A stretch of DNA of 64,000 bases from Podarcis muralis (Eukaryota). The notes beneath the pieces are model-generated. The model did no database searches and was not told where the DNA came from. It saw only the letters and a list, made by a program, of their open reading frames with translations. Below are positions 35,544 through 49,870 of this stretch, in pieces. Location: assembly GCF_964188315.1 (NCBI RefSeq), contig NC_135664.1, forward strand, positions 35,712,001 to 35,776,000. The letters are read 5' to 3'. Position 1 is the first letter of the stretch; every line of letters starts with the position of its first letter. The position numbers were made by a program, and so were the translations under genes.

Positions 35544-36477
35544 AACATTCTTTATTAATCTCTAAATCTTCAAGGAAGATTTTACACCTCTCCATCCCTT
35601 GATAATGGGCTAAACTAGTATTTGAATCTGAAACACAGAATAAGGCCCTGAATTTGAGTACCAAATTTCATTCTCACATCATGAACAATATCTTACAAAG
35701 ACACTTTTGGCAAATCTGAATGTTAATTAGTTAAACCAAAAGCTGCACTACACTCAGCCAATGAACTCCTTGGTAGTTTCATGATAAAAATCACATCTGT
35801 TGATCAAATGAAGCCTCAACGAAAGTACATAAAAATCAATAGCATTGTTTTTGCCAACTAGAGTGGGCTCTGTATCCAAGTCATCCTAACTGACAAATAT
35901 CTTGTCTATTACCATTTATATTTTATATAGCTCTCATCATCTTAACATGATCAAAACAATTAATATTCATGAGCAAATAAATAGTGTTTGCCGAAGAAAG
36001 TGCTTTTCAAAACAATCTATATGCATACAAATTGTGTCATTTGGATATTGTAATTACTATCTTATTTGTAACATAAGATCAACTAAAGGAGTTGGTTGCT
36101 GTGTGTTATAGAGATCAAGCATGTGTGGTGAAATTGCCTAGGTCTTTGCTGATTCAGTAAAAAAAAAAAGTGGGGGGAGACATCAGATCTGTTAGAACTT
36201 TCAAATTTGAAGACTTCTTAGCCTATAGTAGCAACTACTACAGGAACAGCCACAGAACTTGACCAAAGGGAAAGGCAAGCAAACTGAAGGAAAATGGGGG
36301 AAAGCAAGAACATGGATGCATCAACAATATTTAAAATGCTAATCCATGGAAGGTATTGGAGTTTGGGGCTCCTTCAGCTGTCAACATGTCAACATTTGAC
36401 TGCGTAAACAGTCTGCTCATACTGACAAAAGCCACTAGCTTCCTGCACATCTGCAATTCTAAACCAGTAGGGTGGAA

Positions 36478-36714
36478 AACCGCAGCCTCATGCTATGTCG
36501 TGTTGTGCTATCAGCAGCGTGTCAGCTTCTGCAAAGTGGCAACTCATGACAGCATTGGCTCCTTCTCTAAGACAGAGAAGTTTGAATGATTCCTATCCAA
36601 TTTGTACAAGTTTTATGAATGAAGCTTTTCTACCCAATGCTGTCATGAGTTGCCATTTTGCAGAAGCTGACATGTGGTTGATAGCACAGCACAACCGAGC
36701 ATGAGGCTGTGGTT
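36478..36714. repeat. Long inverted repeat (81-bp arms, 75-bp spacer), probably a foldback MITE
   Basis: 36478-36558 versus the reverse complement of 36634-36714 differs at about 10 of 81 positions with no gaps. Confidence 0.9.
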
Positions 36715-39700
36715 AAAGATGCAGAAAATGAATAAAATCACAAGTAAGTCCATTGGAATCAATTGGCTTAAGGTAACTCGAGTCTGTGGATTTTAGTTGA
36801 TCTACTCTGAGTGAGACCAACAACATCTGAAGGAGTATGGTCAATCTTGGACATCCCCCATATTTCTTTCAGGAAGGCAAATTTACTGAAGACGAGTCCC
36901 ATGTTATTTCTGTTCCAGAAAAACAATGAATTCCTTTAGGATGCCTATTTTTATTCCTCCTGCTTTCCACCCTCTTCTCCTGACTTCTAAAGAGAGACTG
37001 ACTGACCTGCTTCTCTCACATTCATTGTGGATTTTCTGTCAGAGAAAAGGTAAATGGGGCTGTCTCCAGTCAGTGTGAGGTGACAGGAGCAGCATACTGG
37101 AACAATGAACAACATGTTATGAAACTCCAAGGGAACTGGAGGAAATCTGTTCAGCTTCCACTGCTGGCAAGAGGTTTAGGGTAAAAGAATCAATTTACCC
37201 CACACCAACTTACACTGCAGGGCTATTATACTGTCCCGCCAAGCCCTTACCTGATTGTAGTGGACAGGCGAAATGAAGTGTCACTAATCCTTTTGCTACT
37301 TTCAATGGACAGTCAATGGTTTTTTTTAAAAGGCTTTTAAGACAGGGCAGTTTGCAGCTCCCCCTTCCCTGCCCCCAACACCCTTAAATTTAATTATTGT
37401 GTGACAGGTAAACAGAAATCCAGCTACCCATTTTTTTTCTTTTTGTGTGTGTGGGGCGGGGGAGAGAACTAAGCTGAACTGGGAGATAGGAGAGAAACAT
37501 TCTCTTGTGATGGGGATAAAGTTGTTTTTTATGGCTGTGTTACAAAAAGGCTTATTGGGTCAGTAGAAAAGCAGGAAGAAACTAGAACAGCATAAGATGC
37601 AATCAGGAAAACTGGATATCTCACCTGGGAATGTGAAAATGACCTAGTGTTGTTGTTTTTTAAAAAATTAAACCATACCATCCACACAAATGCTGATAAC
37701 ACATTTACATCCCCCATCACCCTTAGAAATTTCACATGCTGAGGCTTAAGCTGCAGCCAATGATTTTTCAGTTTCTTCTACAGTTTGGATTCCATTTTAT
37801 TTTATTGCTTTATGTCCTTGGGAAAATGCCATGCCATGCCTATAAATATCTAGGACGCCATAAGCTAGGATGGCTTCACACACTATAAGGGGAGCTTAGG
37901 GGATCTTTAGCCTCTTTTTTGTTCAGAGTATATGATGGGAACTGACCTGATCACATAGACCTATGGGAGGGTTGTTCCTCCATTCAGAGTGCTTGTGCCC
38001 TGCCTTTCACCTTGCCCTGCAGTGAAGGAAGAAAGCAAGAAAGCTTCCTGCTCTGGGGGTTTATTTCTGAGGGATCAGACTCATATTAGAACTGGTTCAC
38101 TGAAAGAGAGAAGGAAAGGAGAAAGAGCAAAATGGAAAACTGCAGAGAAAATACCTGCAGCTCCTAGGAAATGCCACCTTAAAGCTGGACCTATCCCTGG
38201 CTGCAGACAAACACAAAGGCAGCAGTTCACAAACCTTGCTCTTTGTCAGCCAAACGTCATTTCCCCCTCAATTAAAGCACTTCCTTTTACAACCCCATAA
38301 AAACAATATGCATTCAAAAAGGGCACCTTCTGACATGTGACCACTTCAAAATCTATTATTAAACAGGCAATAAACATATGGATGCACAAGAGTTACATGT
38401 GTCAGCTAGCGGGGATCATGCAACACAGCCACTGCCTTTAATAAATGCATACCGAATCAATATTTTCTAACAATGCAGAAGAGCAGTTTTGCTGGCACAT
38501 TTAACGTTGTGCCCTAGTAAGATCCTAACTGAGAGATTTGTTAAAGTTCTTTTCAAGGATAGGTGCTGCCCCTTGCAACCACTTAGAGCTTGAAACAGTC
38601 TCTAATGCCTTTTTTTGACAGTCAATTTTCTCAAGGGGTTAGAGAACACATAGTTTATCCCCTTATGAGGTGGTTTCCTGATTGACCCTTAGAGATACTT
38701 TAGTTTCCTCGAATAAATAAAGGTCTAATAAATCCATCTGAACATTTTAATACCTCTTAGACCTGCTATGATTGTTAAGTTTCTGACTTGTCACATTTGT
38801 TCTAATTTATTCCATAAGTTACATTGCTGTATGTTATTCCAACCCATTCATTTCAACCCAAAGGAAACACAACACAAATATGGGGAAATGTAACAAACTG
38901 CATTATCATTTGTGGACTGAAAGCAGTTTGATTTCCATTCCAAACACACGCAATTTCCAATGCCATTTTTGCTGGAATTCTCAAATGTCCTTAGGTCAGG
39001 TCCCCAAAAGGACACTTGAACACGACTGTTACATGTGGGTTCCATCAGCGCACACAATTTTGCATTTCTTCCCTCTCCTCCCTCACACTCTGTTCAGTAT
39101 GGGTGTCAGTGTGTTCTCTTAACACCCCACCGAACCAATTTGGTTCTTAACACCACTGCACTAGCAGAAGACCTTGCATGCATAGACTTCTGCTAGCAGG
39201 ACCAGTGAGTTGACTCAGTCTTTAATATACCATATCTAGAACGCAGCCTTTGAAACTTTACCACGACCGTTTCCTTACTGACACTTGGCTTTCCTCCGGG
39301 GAAGAGGATGGACTGCCCCTGAAATCATGGTGGCTTCCAAAATGTTATCTGGACTTCATTCTGCATTTTCCAGAAACTCCAGAATCAGTCATAGCATCTA
39401 TGGCTGCCTGAGTGCAACAAGAAGCAGCTCCAGAAAAAAAGCTTTCCCCAGTGTGTTGTGATCACCTATGGGGTTTCTTTAAGATATAGTCTGAAGGTCT
39501 CCAAACCTTTTGTATATTGCAATCCTTAGCTTTCTTTTAAGAATGAATGCATTGTTGCCAGGAGACCTGTTATGCTTGAGGCAACATGGCAACTGGATGC
39601 ATTTGCCAGCCTGGAGATACCTCATTGGACATTGCTGCACTAGGCAATTGCCTTGTCTGCCTATTGGGAGTTAGCTCCAAGCCCAAGGACAAACATGCTA

Positions 39701-42254
39701 GAGAGATAAACTTTCTTAGGAGCTGTTTCCTAGACATGCAGTTTTAGGCATTTATCATGATCATCTTGGCTGCCCACAGCTGAAAGCAAGAGATTAGACC
39801 TAGGTCACTTCCAGGCTGTCGCTAATTTCTGTGTGGGATTGAGTCAAATACCAGCAGACTTTTTCCAGTAAGGAAAATGCACTGGAAAGTTTGGGATAAC
39901 AATTGTTTGATGTGACATCATAAAATCTCCCCTCAAACAGGTCTGACTGACTGCTCAGTTAACAGTAGCTATTGTATAACTTCTCTGTAAACTTTTGGCA
40001 ATAAATCAGTCTGAATGCTCAAACTGGTCACCTGAAAGCAAGCCTAGACTGCACTTTAGTCTGATCCAGCAAGGTAAGGCTAATGTTTACAGACAATATT
40101 CACTACCATCAGATGAAGAAAACACCACTATTGAATATTTGCTTGTTAACCAGAACAATAAGCAGCAACCTCAGGAATCTCAGCAGTCCAACTATGTAAA
40201 CTCAGCTCTGACCCTCCTTGCTTTTGAGCCTATTACCCTCACCTTTCCAGGTGTTTCAAGCAACCATGAAGCAGAATCCTAGCTGCAGCTAGGAACAAGA
40301 AAACACTCCTTCTTGAAAGCCAGTACGTACTCAGAAACAACAAACTGCAGTGCCATATTGTATCTATTATTTTTGTACTAATGCTATCTGCATCATTTTA
40401 TCAAAATGCTAATCTGAGTCACACCTGCTTTGAAAATTTAATGCTGTACTTTCCCCCCACAAGATTTGCACGCAGGCATTGTCTCTCTCTCAAATATGAT
40501 AAAGTACCAAAGTGTTGCTCAACGTTTTAAGATTTGAAAAACATAATTATGTTGGTCTATTTTCGCTTGCTTTACAATGTTCGGCAGGAGAGAGAAAAAT
40601 AACAATCTGAATACATCTAAGGAGCTAATGGGAAAAATTCAAATGGTAGTAAGCTTATACTGCGGAGGGAAAACTAAGGGTTGGAGGAATGCAAATGGAG
40701 CAAAGTTACCGACTGACTCCATAGTTCATGACTCACGAGGGACTACTGGAAAGGAAGAACAGGGAGGAACCAGTGCAAGAAGCCTTCAAGCACCCAGAAA
40801 TATGCTTGTGGAGCCCAACCCCTTTAGATATAGATCCATACAATGTAAAACATAGAAAGCTCTATTACAAACTGTTTCTATGAAATATACCAATGAAACT
40901 AAAAAATGCCATATCCCTAGAAAGACAATAAAAATAATAAGGGACAACCAAGTTACACTTTGCATTTTTCATATGACAAGTTACAAAGCATTACAATGAG
41001 CTAAAAACTCAAAATAAGCTAGATAATTGATATAAATGGCATCAGTATAAACAGATAAAGAAACCACCAACGAACAATCAAACTTAATGATAAGAAACAG
41101 AGAGAACCTACAAAAAGAGGTGGGCAGACTATAGCACACCTTGTAATTATATTACACAATTCAACAGCTCTCCCCTACCCCTTAACTGGAAAGAATAAAA
41201 TAAACTGACCTCTCTTAGGCATAATTCACTTGAGGTTTTGGTTTCCAGCTCTGCTGCAAAAGCATTCTGAAAGACACCACCAGGGTGATCACCCTGCCCA
41301 GGTGAGCCCAGGCACAAAATATGCTGTAATCACTGAGGGGGAAAGCTCCAGGAGGAAGTCCAGGTGTGGCTCATTTCAAGAAGCCATAAGCCTCTCCAAA
41401 CCACCTTTACAGGACTATTAACCCTTTAGTGGCACTGAAAGGCTTCACAGAAGTAGGTAAACCAGGCAAGAACAGGTACTGCAACTAATTAACCCCCTTT
41501 CCAATATGGGCCTTGCCCCCACCCTGTTTTTCATCCTATTCCTCAGTATATCCATGCCTGTTACTTCCACTTCTCCAGCTCAACATACCCCTCAGCTAAC
41601 TTGCATACACACACTTAAGTTACGCATCCATCCTGCTGACTCTAACATGGAACACACACTTCCCTGCTGTTTATTTTACATTATAAGCTTCTTTGGTGGG
41701 ATTAGAGCTGTATCTATAGCTCTCTTAAGGCACATTTTGTATACTGTATTCATTATGTATACAGACAAGTACACTAGTTCTATCATCACTGTTCCCGCCC
41801 CCAGTTGCTATTCCTGTCTCCTTCCAACTCACGGAAGACAAAGAGAGCCTTCTGTATTTGGTATTTTCCACATTTCTAAAACATGCAGGGAGTCTCCCAC
41901 AAATATAGGAGTCTTCCTGCTTCAGAAGATCACCCTCTGGTGCCAGATTCAGCCAACCCAGTATGATAGCAGAAGCCAGCACAGGGTTTCTCATTAGGTC
42001 ATCAGGGCTTCCCACTTGCACTAGTAGTGCCTATGTAATTCTGTAGGGCACCAGACATATTGATGGCACCATATCATCATCATCATCATCATGCATTTGC
42101 CCCATGTTCATAAAACTTTTTAGCAGAGTTTGGGCAGCTTAGGATTCCTTATAGCAGGGCACTGCACAGATGCAGAATTCTTTGCTCTTTATCAAAACCC
42201 TTTGTCAAGTAAGTTGGATCAACCAACACCATGTTCCCTTCACAAAGAGGAGTA

Positions 42255-42418
42255 GACTCCCTCAGGAGGTTGTGGAGTCTGCTTCATGGGAGGTTTTTAA
42301 GCAGATATTGGATGGCCATCTGTCATGGATGCTTTAGTTGAGATTACTGCATTGCAGGGGGTTGGACTAGATGACCCTCAGAGTCCCGTCCATGATCAAA
42401 ATTCAATGATTCTATGAC
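42255..42418 (+). mobile_element. CR1 LINE 3' end
   Basis: gtggagtctgcttcatgggaggtttttaagcag...gggttggactagatgaccc...tgattctatga. Confidence 0.85.
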
Positions 42419-44411
42419 ATGGATCCTGTAATTCTGAAGTGCTGAAAATAAACACATCAGTATATGTGTATTTTTGACAGCTACAGCAAACATGGAGAAG
42501 TTTCTTTCAATATATAAAAGCTTAGCTAGGTACTACAACCCAGTTTTCAAAAGGTCCCCTGAACACTCAACCTGCAACTAGTACAGGCGAAATGAGGGGG
42601 TAAAGCATTGCTTTGGAAGAGAGAGCTCCTGACTTCTTGATCAGTGAGCAAAATGGGACTGTCAGCCCTCTGCTGTGGGGTGGGGAAGAGAGAGCTCCTG
42701 TTTACAGGGCTTTTATTTCCTGCAAAATAAATGCAATCAGTAAAGGATGCGACAATGAGCTCCGTTGGATGTCAAGAGATAAGGCTATGGTAATTTCTGC
42801 ATTATTATTTGTTATGAGTTTCAAAAGACCACAGGGCTGGAGGTGTCAGAGCCATTTTTAGCTGGGTTCAGCAAATCACCTCTGCCCTTGTTTACTGGTA
42901 TAATTGCACAAAGAGGGAATAATATAGTATTTTCAAGGAGTGAGATGGAATTCATTACAGGGGGCTTAGCTTGCCACTAAATGCCAGAAACATGAAAAAG
43001 GCAAGACTTCACTTATGCTTTTGGAAGCAGGGGGTAGGATGGAGGGAGTCCTCCTCTATCTAAGTGGAATATAATGTTATCCCTTTGAAGATGCAATACT
43101 CAGGGGAGGGGGGATATTGTTGATTCACGCACAGTTTAGGAGCATATGATCCAGGCTCTGTGTGTGTGTGTTGTGAATGTTGGCTTCCAAGCCTGCAGCT
43201 TAGCTGTTGGCTTTTCATCCCCCAGATGGCAGTGCTGCATTCCAAGATGACAATTCTCAGTGGCTCTCAGAGAGGAAGGCTGCTAGCGTCTGGCAGACTT
43301 ACAGGCCATGTTTCTTCGTTTCAGAGGAAATATGGTACAATCCGCATGTAACAAGACTTGTGTAATCACGAACAAGGAGCTCATTCCAAGGCTAACACAG
43401 CAGTTATCTCCCTTTGTGGGTGTCTGCAAGATCACATCTATCAATAATAAATGGGTCAGATGCTAGGATTATTCTTTTTATTTGCAAAGTTTTATTTGGC
43501 TTACAAGCGCTACATTCCTCATCTGAAAGAAGCCAAATTATCTTCCTCTCCTCCTCGCTCCCATCTCACTCCTAGTCTGAAGAACAAAGACAATGAGATG
43601 TCTCACACTCTGTTAACAAGCCTTTAGCTACTGCTGTTAGTGTGCCAGATACAGGATGCCTGCAATGGACAGTGATGTGCACTGGAGACTGCTCTGTGTT
43701 GGAGCAGATATTCACAGTATCCCTAATCTTCAGTGATCTCAATTAACTAAAAAATATCTATAGGCTCAGGCAGACAGCAGAGCTCAACACCCTCAAAGGA
43801 AACTGCTGTCTGAACAGTAGGAATCAAGCACTCCCTGTGTCACCAAACTATAAAATAATCCAATGCAAATGCCCCAACTTTGCATTAAATGAGATGGAAA
43901 AAAAGTGTAACTTCTAACTCAAGTGGTAGATTGCCATTGATATTATTAATTTTTAAACTGAATATAAATATACAAATGTTATTGACTTTACACATACATA
44001 CATGCTAACATGGAGCAAATAAGGAGACAGAGGAAAAAATCCTGCCAGAAGGACAGGGGTTGCTGCCAACTTATCAGTGTGTTGCTGGATCACACTGCAT
44101 TTCTCCACATGGCTGTGCATGGTTAGCAAGTGGCCAGAGTGCTTGCCTGTAGACATAAATTACCAGCTCTCAGTGGTTGTGACAGCAGTGAAGACAAATG
44201 TGTAGAACACTTCCACATCCTGGTCTAGTTCCTGAAGAAAACCTACTCAGGGCTATTGTTATATGCACATTACAGTCTAAGCATGAAGGTTTTGTGCTGG
44301 GCTCCAGCCCAATTCAGGTACTATACCTGTCTGTAGAGCCAACACATGAGTAGTCTGACTCCTGGTGTTGCACTTAATGAGTATGTCTCCCCAACAGCAT
44401 CTGTGCATACA

Positions 44412-44600
44412 GGGAAGCGCTGTAGCTAGCTCAATGGTAGAGCATCTGCTTGCATGCAGAAGGGTCTGGTTCAATCATTATCAGCTCTAGGTGGGGAAAT
44501 ATCCCCCTGACTTAACTTTTGAGAGCCACTGTCAATCAGTGCAGACAGAACCAAGCTAGATGGACCAGTGGTCCAACTTTGCTATAAGGCAGCTTCCTAC
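44412..44600 (+). mobile_element. tRNA-derived SINE (Squam2-like)
   Basis: agctcaatggtagagcatctgcttgcatgcagaagg...agctagatggaccagtggtc...tataaggcagcttcct. Confidence 0.8.
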
Positions 44601-45626
44601 ATCTTGAAGGTATGGACTTTTGTCTGTACAGTTATAAACACAAAGGTTTTCACATAGCCAGCAACCCATGTTGCACTGAAGACTTCTTGTTATATAGCTG
44701 GACCTGCAAAATTCGGTCTATCCTTTCCTGTAAATGTTCACACTATATGCCAGGTCAGCACAACCCCGCTCCTTGCTCATGTGTTGGTGTTACATGTAAG
44801 TATGGTGCCTGAATGGGGTTTCTGCCATTTCCCAATTCTATGTTAACACTTTTTCCGTTCCTGTGGCTTATATAGTACTGCAAGATTCCAAAAGTGCTGT
44901 TCATACTAAAAGTGCTGTTACAATGCTGTTCATTGTAACTTTAGTGGGAAGCCCCATCCATTGACTGGGGGGCTAAGGGCTACTTGAAGGCTGAACACCC
45001 GGCTTCCCAGGAAAAAAACATCAGAATCAGGGGAACTCCTCCTGGTCCCAGTCATTGGAGGAGCACCTGCAGGTAACTTTCTTTGCCCCTCTCCCTGTCA
45101 GATAGACTATTTGGTTCCAGCTGCTGGTTCCCCTGGGATTGCTGAAGGGAGCAGTAGCCCATGCTAGCTGCATGCCTCCATCCATCATACCTCAAAGGGA
45201 TGCTTGGTTGTTTTGTTTGTTTCACTTCGTATTCTTGCAATCTGTTCAGAGCTGGCCTGGACTGAGGAGCAAGAGGGAAGCATCTTCTGGCCTCTGCTAT
45301 TGTCCAGGGGTCCAAGGGCCCCTGGAATTTGTATCCGTTGCATCTCCAGGAAGGATGGAAAACCAGCCTGGCCCCACTTAGCAGCCAGAGAAGCAGCTGC
45401 AGAGACATTTTCACTGAAAAACTGAAAGCATATTATTCCTTGTTGTTAGACTGAGGTATATATCTAGGTCTGCTGACTGTATGCCTGGCACTGCCCACTA
45501 CACTAGACTACACTGGCTTCCAGCACTTTGTGCCACCAGTCAATCCTTTCTTCAGTCCCATCTATGAAGTCTGTTCTGTAACAGGGACACGTTCTTTCTC
45601 TGCCCTGCATATACAGCTACAAGAAG

Positions 45627-46028
45627 TAGGGATGGGCAAGTTTGTCAATTTCATTCTTTCCATTTTTCATTGATTGTTCAGTTCTCTAAATTTCCACATC
45701 AGTTGATATTTTTTTAATGTCCTCATGAAAATCCACCAGCATTTTAGTGTGAATTTCTCCTAGCAGACAGATTTTTGTATGCAGTTTTGCCTAATATACT
45801 CATTTTTGCAACACAAATTTCCATAATATAATGCATTTTTGGTGTTATGCACACTTTAGTATATGCCCACTTGTACATATTACTTGGCTAGAGAACTGCA
45901 CTGTAAAATTCAGAGACATGTGAATTTTGAAGGATGCCTGTGCTTTAGTTTGTGCATTGCTTTGGAATGTGCAAATTAGATAGGTTCATCTTTAAATGCA
46001 AACTGAATCAACTTTCTCCCAATCCTTA
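45627..46028 (+). mobile_element. TAGGGATG-ended non-autonomous DNA element (hAT-like)
   Basis: Left end tagggatggg, right end cccaatcctta; AT-rich interior shared with 2095-2290 and 28846-29310. Confidence 0.65.
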
Positions 46029-47829
46029 CACCCAATATCCCTCTATTTTTATTTTAAATCTTACTCCACAATCTGCAAGACAGTTTACTCACATAAGGCT
46101 TCTTCATATGTGTCACATCTGCACATTCCTAAAATGAATGGCGATTCATAAGCACATAAGTGCACAATCTTAGTTCTATGCCCAGTTTCCATCCTCTCTT
46201 GGCTATGGAAAAACATACAAATCATGGCAGGCCTCTCCCCTCCCCTCCCCAGTGATAAGGACCATTCTGTCCTCCAGCTAACTCACAACTCCGTGACCTA
46301 CTCGCATTACTTCCAATTCAGAAGCAGCATGAAGAATAAACATATTTGTTAGTAAAAAGCCGAACAGGGACTGCATTTCAGAATCTGGTGAGAAGGGGAT
46401 CTGTCCTTCTTTAATAGTTTCTGGGCACAGCAAATTGCCTTCTTAGCTGAATACGCTTAGTCACTCTAGTCATATTAGCAAAGATGAAAAAAGGAATCGT
46501 TGGGTGTAAATAATGTTCAAGAGCAGAACTTAATTGAATCTGAAAATTACTTCATATTTTTTTTAAAAAAATGGATTTTTTTTTTAACCTGTAATTGTAC
46601 AGAAAAAGGAGGAGGAACTCAACCATCTACAAGACACAGCTGCTCATTCCCGATATCTGATTTCAGCTGTCACCAGCTTACCTGAAATGATTATATAGGA
46701 AGCCAAGCTTATCAACTCCAGCTTTCCATTTCTGGCGATTATAGCAACATGAATGTCTAATCTTCTTTGCCTACAGAATGCAGCAGGCTGAAAAAGAAAC
46801 AGGGTTGGTATTAAATGCTACCCACTCTGTTCTGTTGAGTTTGAAGAAGGACAAAACTATATAAATATTTTTTGTGAATTCAGATTCTGAGGTATAAAAC
46901 ATGCATAGCTGCAAATATCACAAAATGAAATGAAGTTATCTGAATGAATACGATAAATCAGGGGTTGATTTATCTCCTATGGTGCCCTAAAAAGGTATCT
47001 GTAAATATCTCCCCTGAAATCCATAAAGTACAAGAGACTGTATAGGGTTCTTCCTGCTCAGTTCCTGTTTCCACTGGCTCAGCTTCTCCAACATTGAACA
47101 TCCCCTCCCTCCAAAAAAAAAAAACCATGCCCACATTTCATTTGATAACAGGAATGGAACACACTTTCCACCTATTCTGAGCAGAGGACAGGTGCAAGGA
47201 GCTTCTTTCTGTAAGCAAGCGCAGTGGTGGCTGATGTAGCTGCCTTTAAAAAAAAGGAAAAAAAGATGATAGTGTTAGGGAGCGTACTAGCACCATTTTC
47301 TGGACCTCTCTCTCTCTGCTGTTTTAGAGCTGCCCCACAGCAATCAATTTGTGACTGGCATCCAGAGCACTCAAAACTCCAATGAGCCCAGTTGCCCCAA
47401 AGGCTGATGAGTTAAGTATGGATTGCTTATTCAGCAGGAAAACATGGCTGCAGACCCATCAAGCTGAACACAACGCAACAGTAGGTATTGTGACCTGCCA
47501 GGGGCTTCACAACCAAAGTCTGCAGTCCTACCCATGCAACAAAAACAGATGGCTGGAAGGCTCCCCCGCACAAGACAACACAACTGGTGGACTGTGCTCA
47601 GCTTAGTGATTTATTCATGTTCTGCTGGCTTGCCTGCTAACAGATCGCCTGTGGGAGGCCACTGTAGTCCCAATCTCACCATCTGCCTTCATCAGGACAT
47701 CCGATGCAGATGGCGTGTTCTTGGACAGTGGATACTTTTGCAAAATGTCTCAGAAAACACTTCTCTAGGAAAGGGTCAATTGGAGGGTGTTTGGAACTCA
47801 GCGACCACATTATTGATCCAACTGCCAGC

Positions 47830-48062
47830 GGGGAAGGGTCTGTAGCTCGGTGGTAGAGCATCTGCTCTGCATGCAGAAGACCACAGGTTCAATTCCAGGC
47901 ATGTCCAAGTCGGGCTAGAAAAGGTCCCAATGTCTAAGACCCAGGCAGGAATAGCAATTTGAATAAAATATTGTGGGTGGGGCAGGTAAGCACTGCTCCG
48001 CATAATCACTGAGCTAGATGAGCCAAGTGGTCTTTCAGTGTAAGGCAGTTTATTTTGTTCCT
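47830..48062 (+). mobile_element. tRNA-derived SINE (Squam2-like)
   Basis: tagctcggtggtagagcatctgctctgcatgcagaagaccacaggttcaattcc...ctgagctagatg...gtaaggcagtttattttgttcct. Confidence 0.8.
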
Positions 48063-48939
48063 ATTATACGTGTGGGAGAGGAATATTTCTTCTGGGCAGA
48101 CTAACTGGTTAATAATGACAAATTTCGCTTGCTTGCATGATTGTATGACGCTAACCAGGAGGGACCACAAGCAGCGACCGTTTTACCAAGCTGAATGGAG
48201 TCACCAATCAACCATGTATGGCAGATCATAGGTGCTGCCTGCCTGGAACTGTCTGCCTTGACAGGCAAGCAGCTGACAGGCTGCTATGGGTGGCTGACTG
48301 GATGTGTAGGCCTGTTGTTATCTGTTTGGGATTTCTCGGTTTGGAATATTATGGAGCTAAGGATGAATTGCTTTTTAGCAGGCAGGCCTGACTGGTGATC
48401 CATCAAGCTGAGTATAGTCCAAGGCAAATATGAGAACATAGGGATGCAAGAGGCGGCTTTATAGTGAGTCAGATCGTTGGTCCACGCAGCTCATTATTGT
48501 CTATGCCAGCAGTTGCCAACCCAGTGCCTACAGGTGACAGAACCTCCTATGGTGCCTGCATAAGGTCTCAGTAAATATGTTGCTGGCAAGGAGAAGATAG
48601 GTATATAAAAGGAAAATTTATCTTCTTTTTTATGTATGCTTTTTCTATGGGTTTTTTATGTATGCTTTTGAAAATAAAGGAAGGAAGGAAGGAAGGAAAT
48701 TATTTGGATGGCAGGTTTAGGCCTAGTACTCTAGAGAGAGAACTCCAGCAGAGATTTAAAATAGTAAAATATACAGCAAAGTAAAGCGTGGAAATATAGG
48801 CTGTTAGATCTTTAAAATATGTCTTTCTAAGTTCCTTCCAAAGTTCTCTTCTTCCTCCTAGCATAGAAAAGACCAAACATTCTGTAAGTTTAAAAACAGT
48901 TTACTTACTGGGAGATGTTACAGAACTGGGATTTAAAGT

Positions 48940-49870
48940 TTACAGCATGTTATACTCTTAAAGAAAATTACATGAAAATGATATATCGCTGGCAAATTAT
49001 GTAACCCCTGGCAAATTAACTAAAATCTATCAAGCAAGGTCAAATACATGTTGGATATGTAAGGAAAAAGAAGGCACCTTTTACCACATGTGGTAGACTT
49101 ATAAGATAGTAAAATTATTTTGGGAGGTGATATATAATGAACTGGGGGGGGGGGGGAGTTTAAAATAACATTTTCTTTAAAAACCCGAAGCTTTTCTTCT
49201 AGGAATTCTAGGTGCTGAAATACCAACGTACCAGAAGAGACTATTTATGTATGTGACCACTGCTACCCGGAGATTACTAACCCAGACACAATCCCTACCA
49301 GAGAAGAATGGCAAATTAAATTGGTGGACTATACTAAAATGGTATAAATGATCGAAAGAATTAGGAATCAGGAAGACCAAACTTTTAATAAGGAATGGGG
49401 AATATATTTAATTTATCTTTAAAATCATTGGAAACAATTAAAATTATTAGTAGGACTGGAATGATACTTGTAGTTGAATGTTGCACTATGGTTGTAATGG
49501 AGATTTAACAGAATTTCATTACAGTGGTACCTAGGGTTACATACGCTTCTGGTTACATACACTTCAGATTACATACGCTTCAGGTTACAGACTCCGCTCA
49601 CCCAGAAATAGTACCTTGGGTTAAGAACTTTGCTTCAGGATGAGAACAGAAATTGTACGTCGGCAGCGCAGCAGCAGCGGGAGGCCCCATTAGCTAAAGT
49701 GGTGCTTCAGGTTAAGAACAGTTTCAGGTTAACAAATTAAGTACATAACCAGAGGTACCACTGTAATAGAGAAGATGCAGGAGGAAAAAAGTTAACATAA
49801 GGATCCACAAAGGGGAGGAGGGAAGTCCATGGGAATTTATGGAATTCTCTTTTTGTTTTTGTTGTTAAAT
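48940..49870 (+). mobile_element. Decayed L1-clade 3' fragment split by a Tigger-like MITE
   Basis: ENYMKMIYRW...KLTKIYQARSNTCWICKEKEGTFYHMW...FWEVIYNEL, with frameshifts; homologous to the 58 kb ORF. Confidence 0.85.
49522..49763. mobile_element. Tigger/pogo-like MITE
   Basis: CAGTGGTACCT...AGGTACCACTG; TA TSD at 49520-49521 and 49764-49765; same family as 12374-12588. Confidence 0.92.

Noticed and set aside
41506-41997. 163-aa ORF
   Set aside because: No recognisable domain or splice context, and composition is typical of random non-coding translation.
19097-48062. tRNA-like sequences (agctcagtggtagagcatctgc...gcatgcagaagg) at several sites
   Set aside because: They are SINE heads followed by SINE bodies, and are too degenerate to be tRNA genes.
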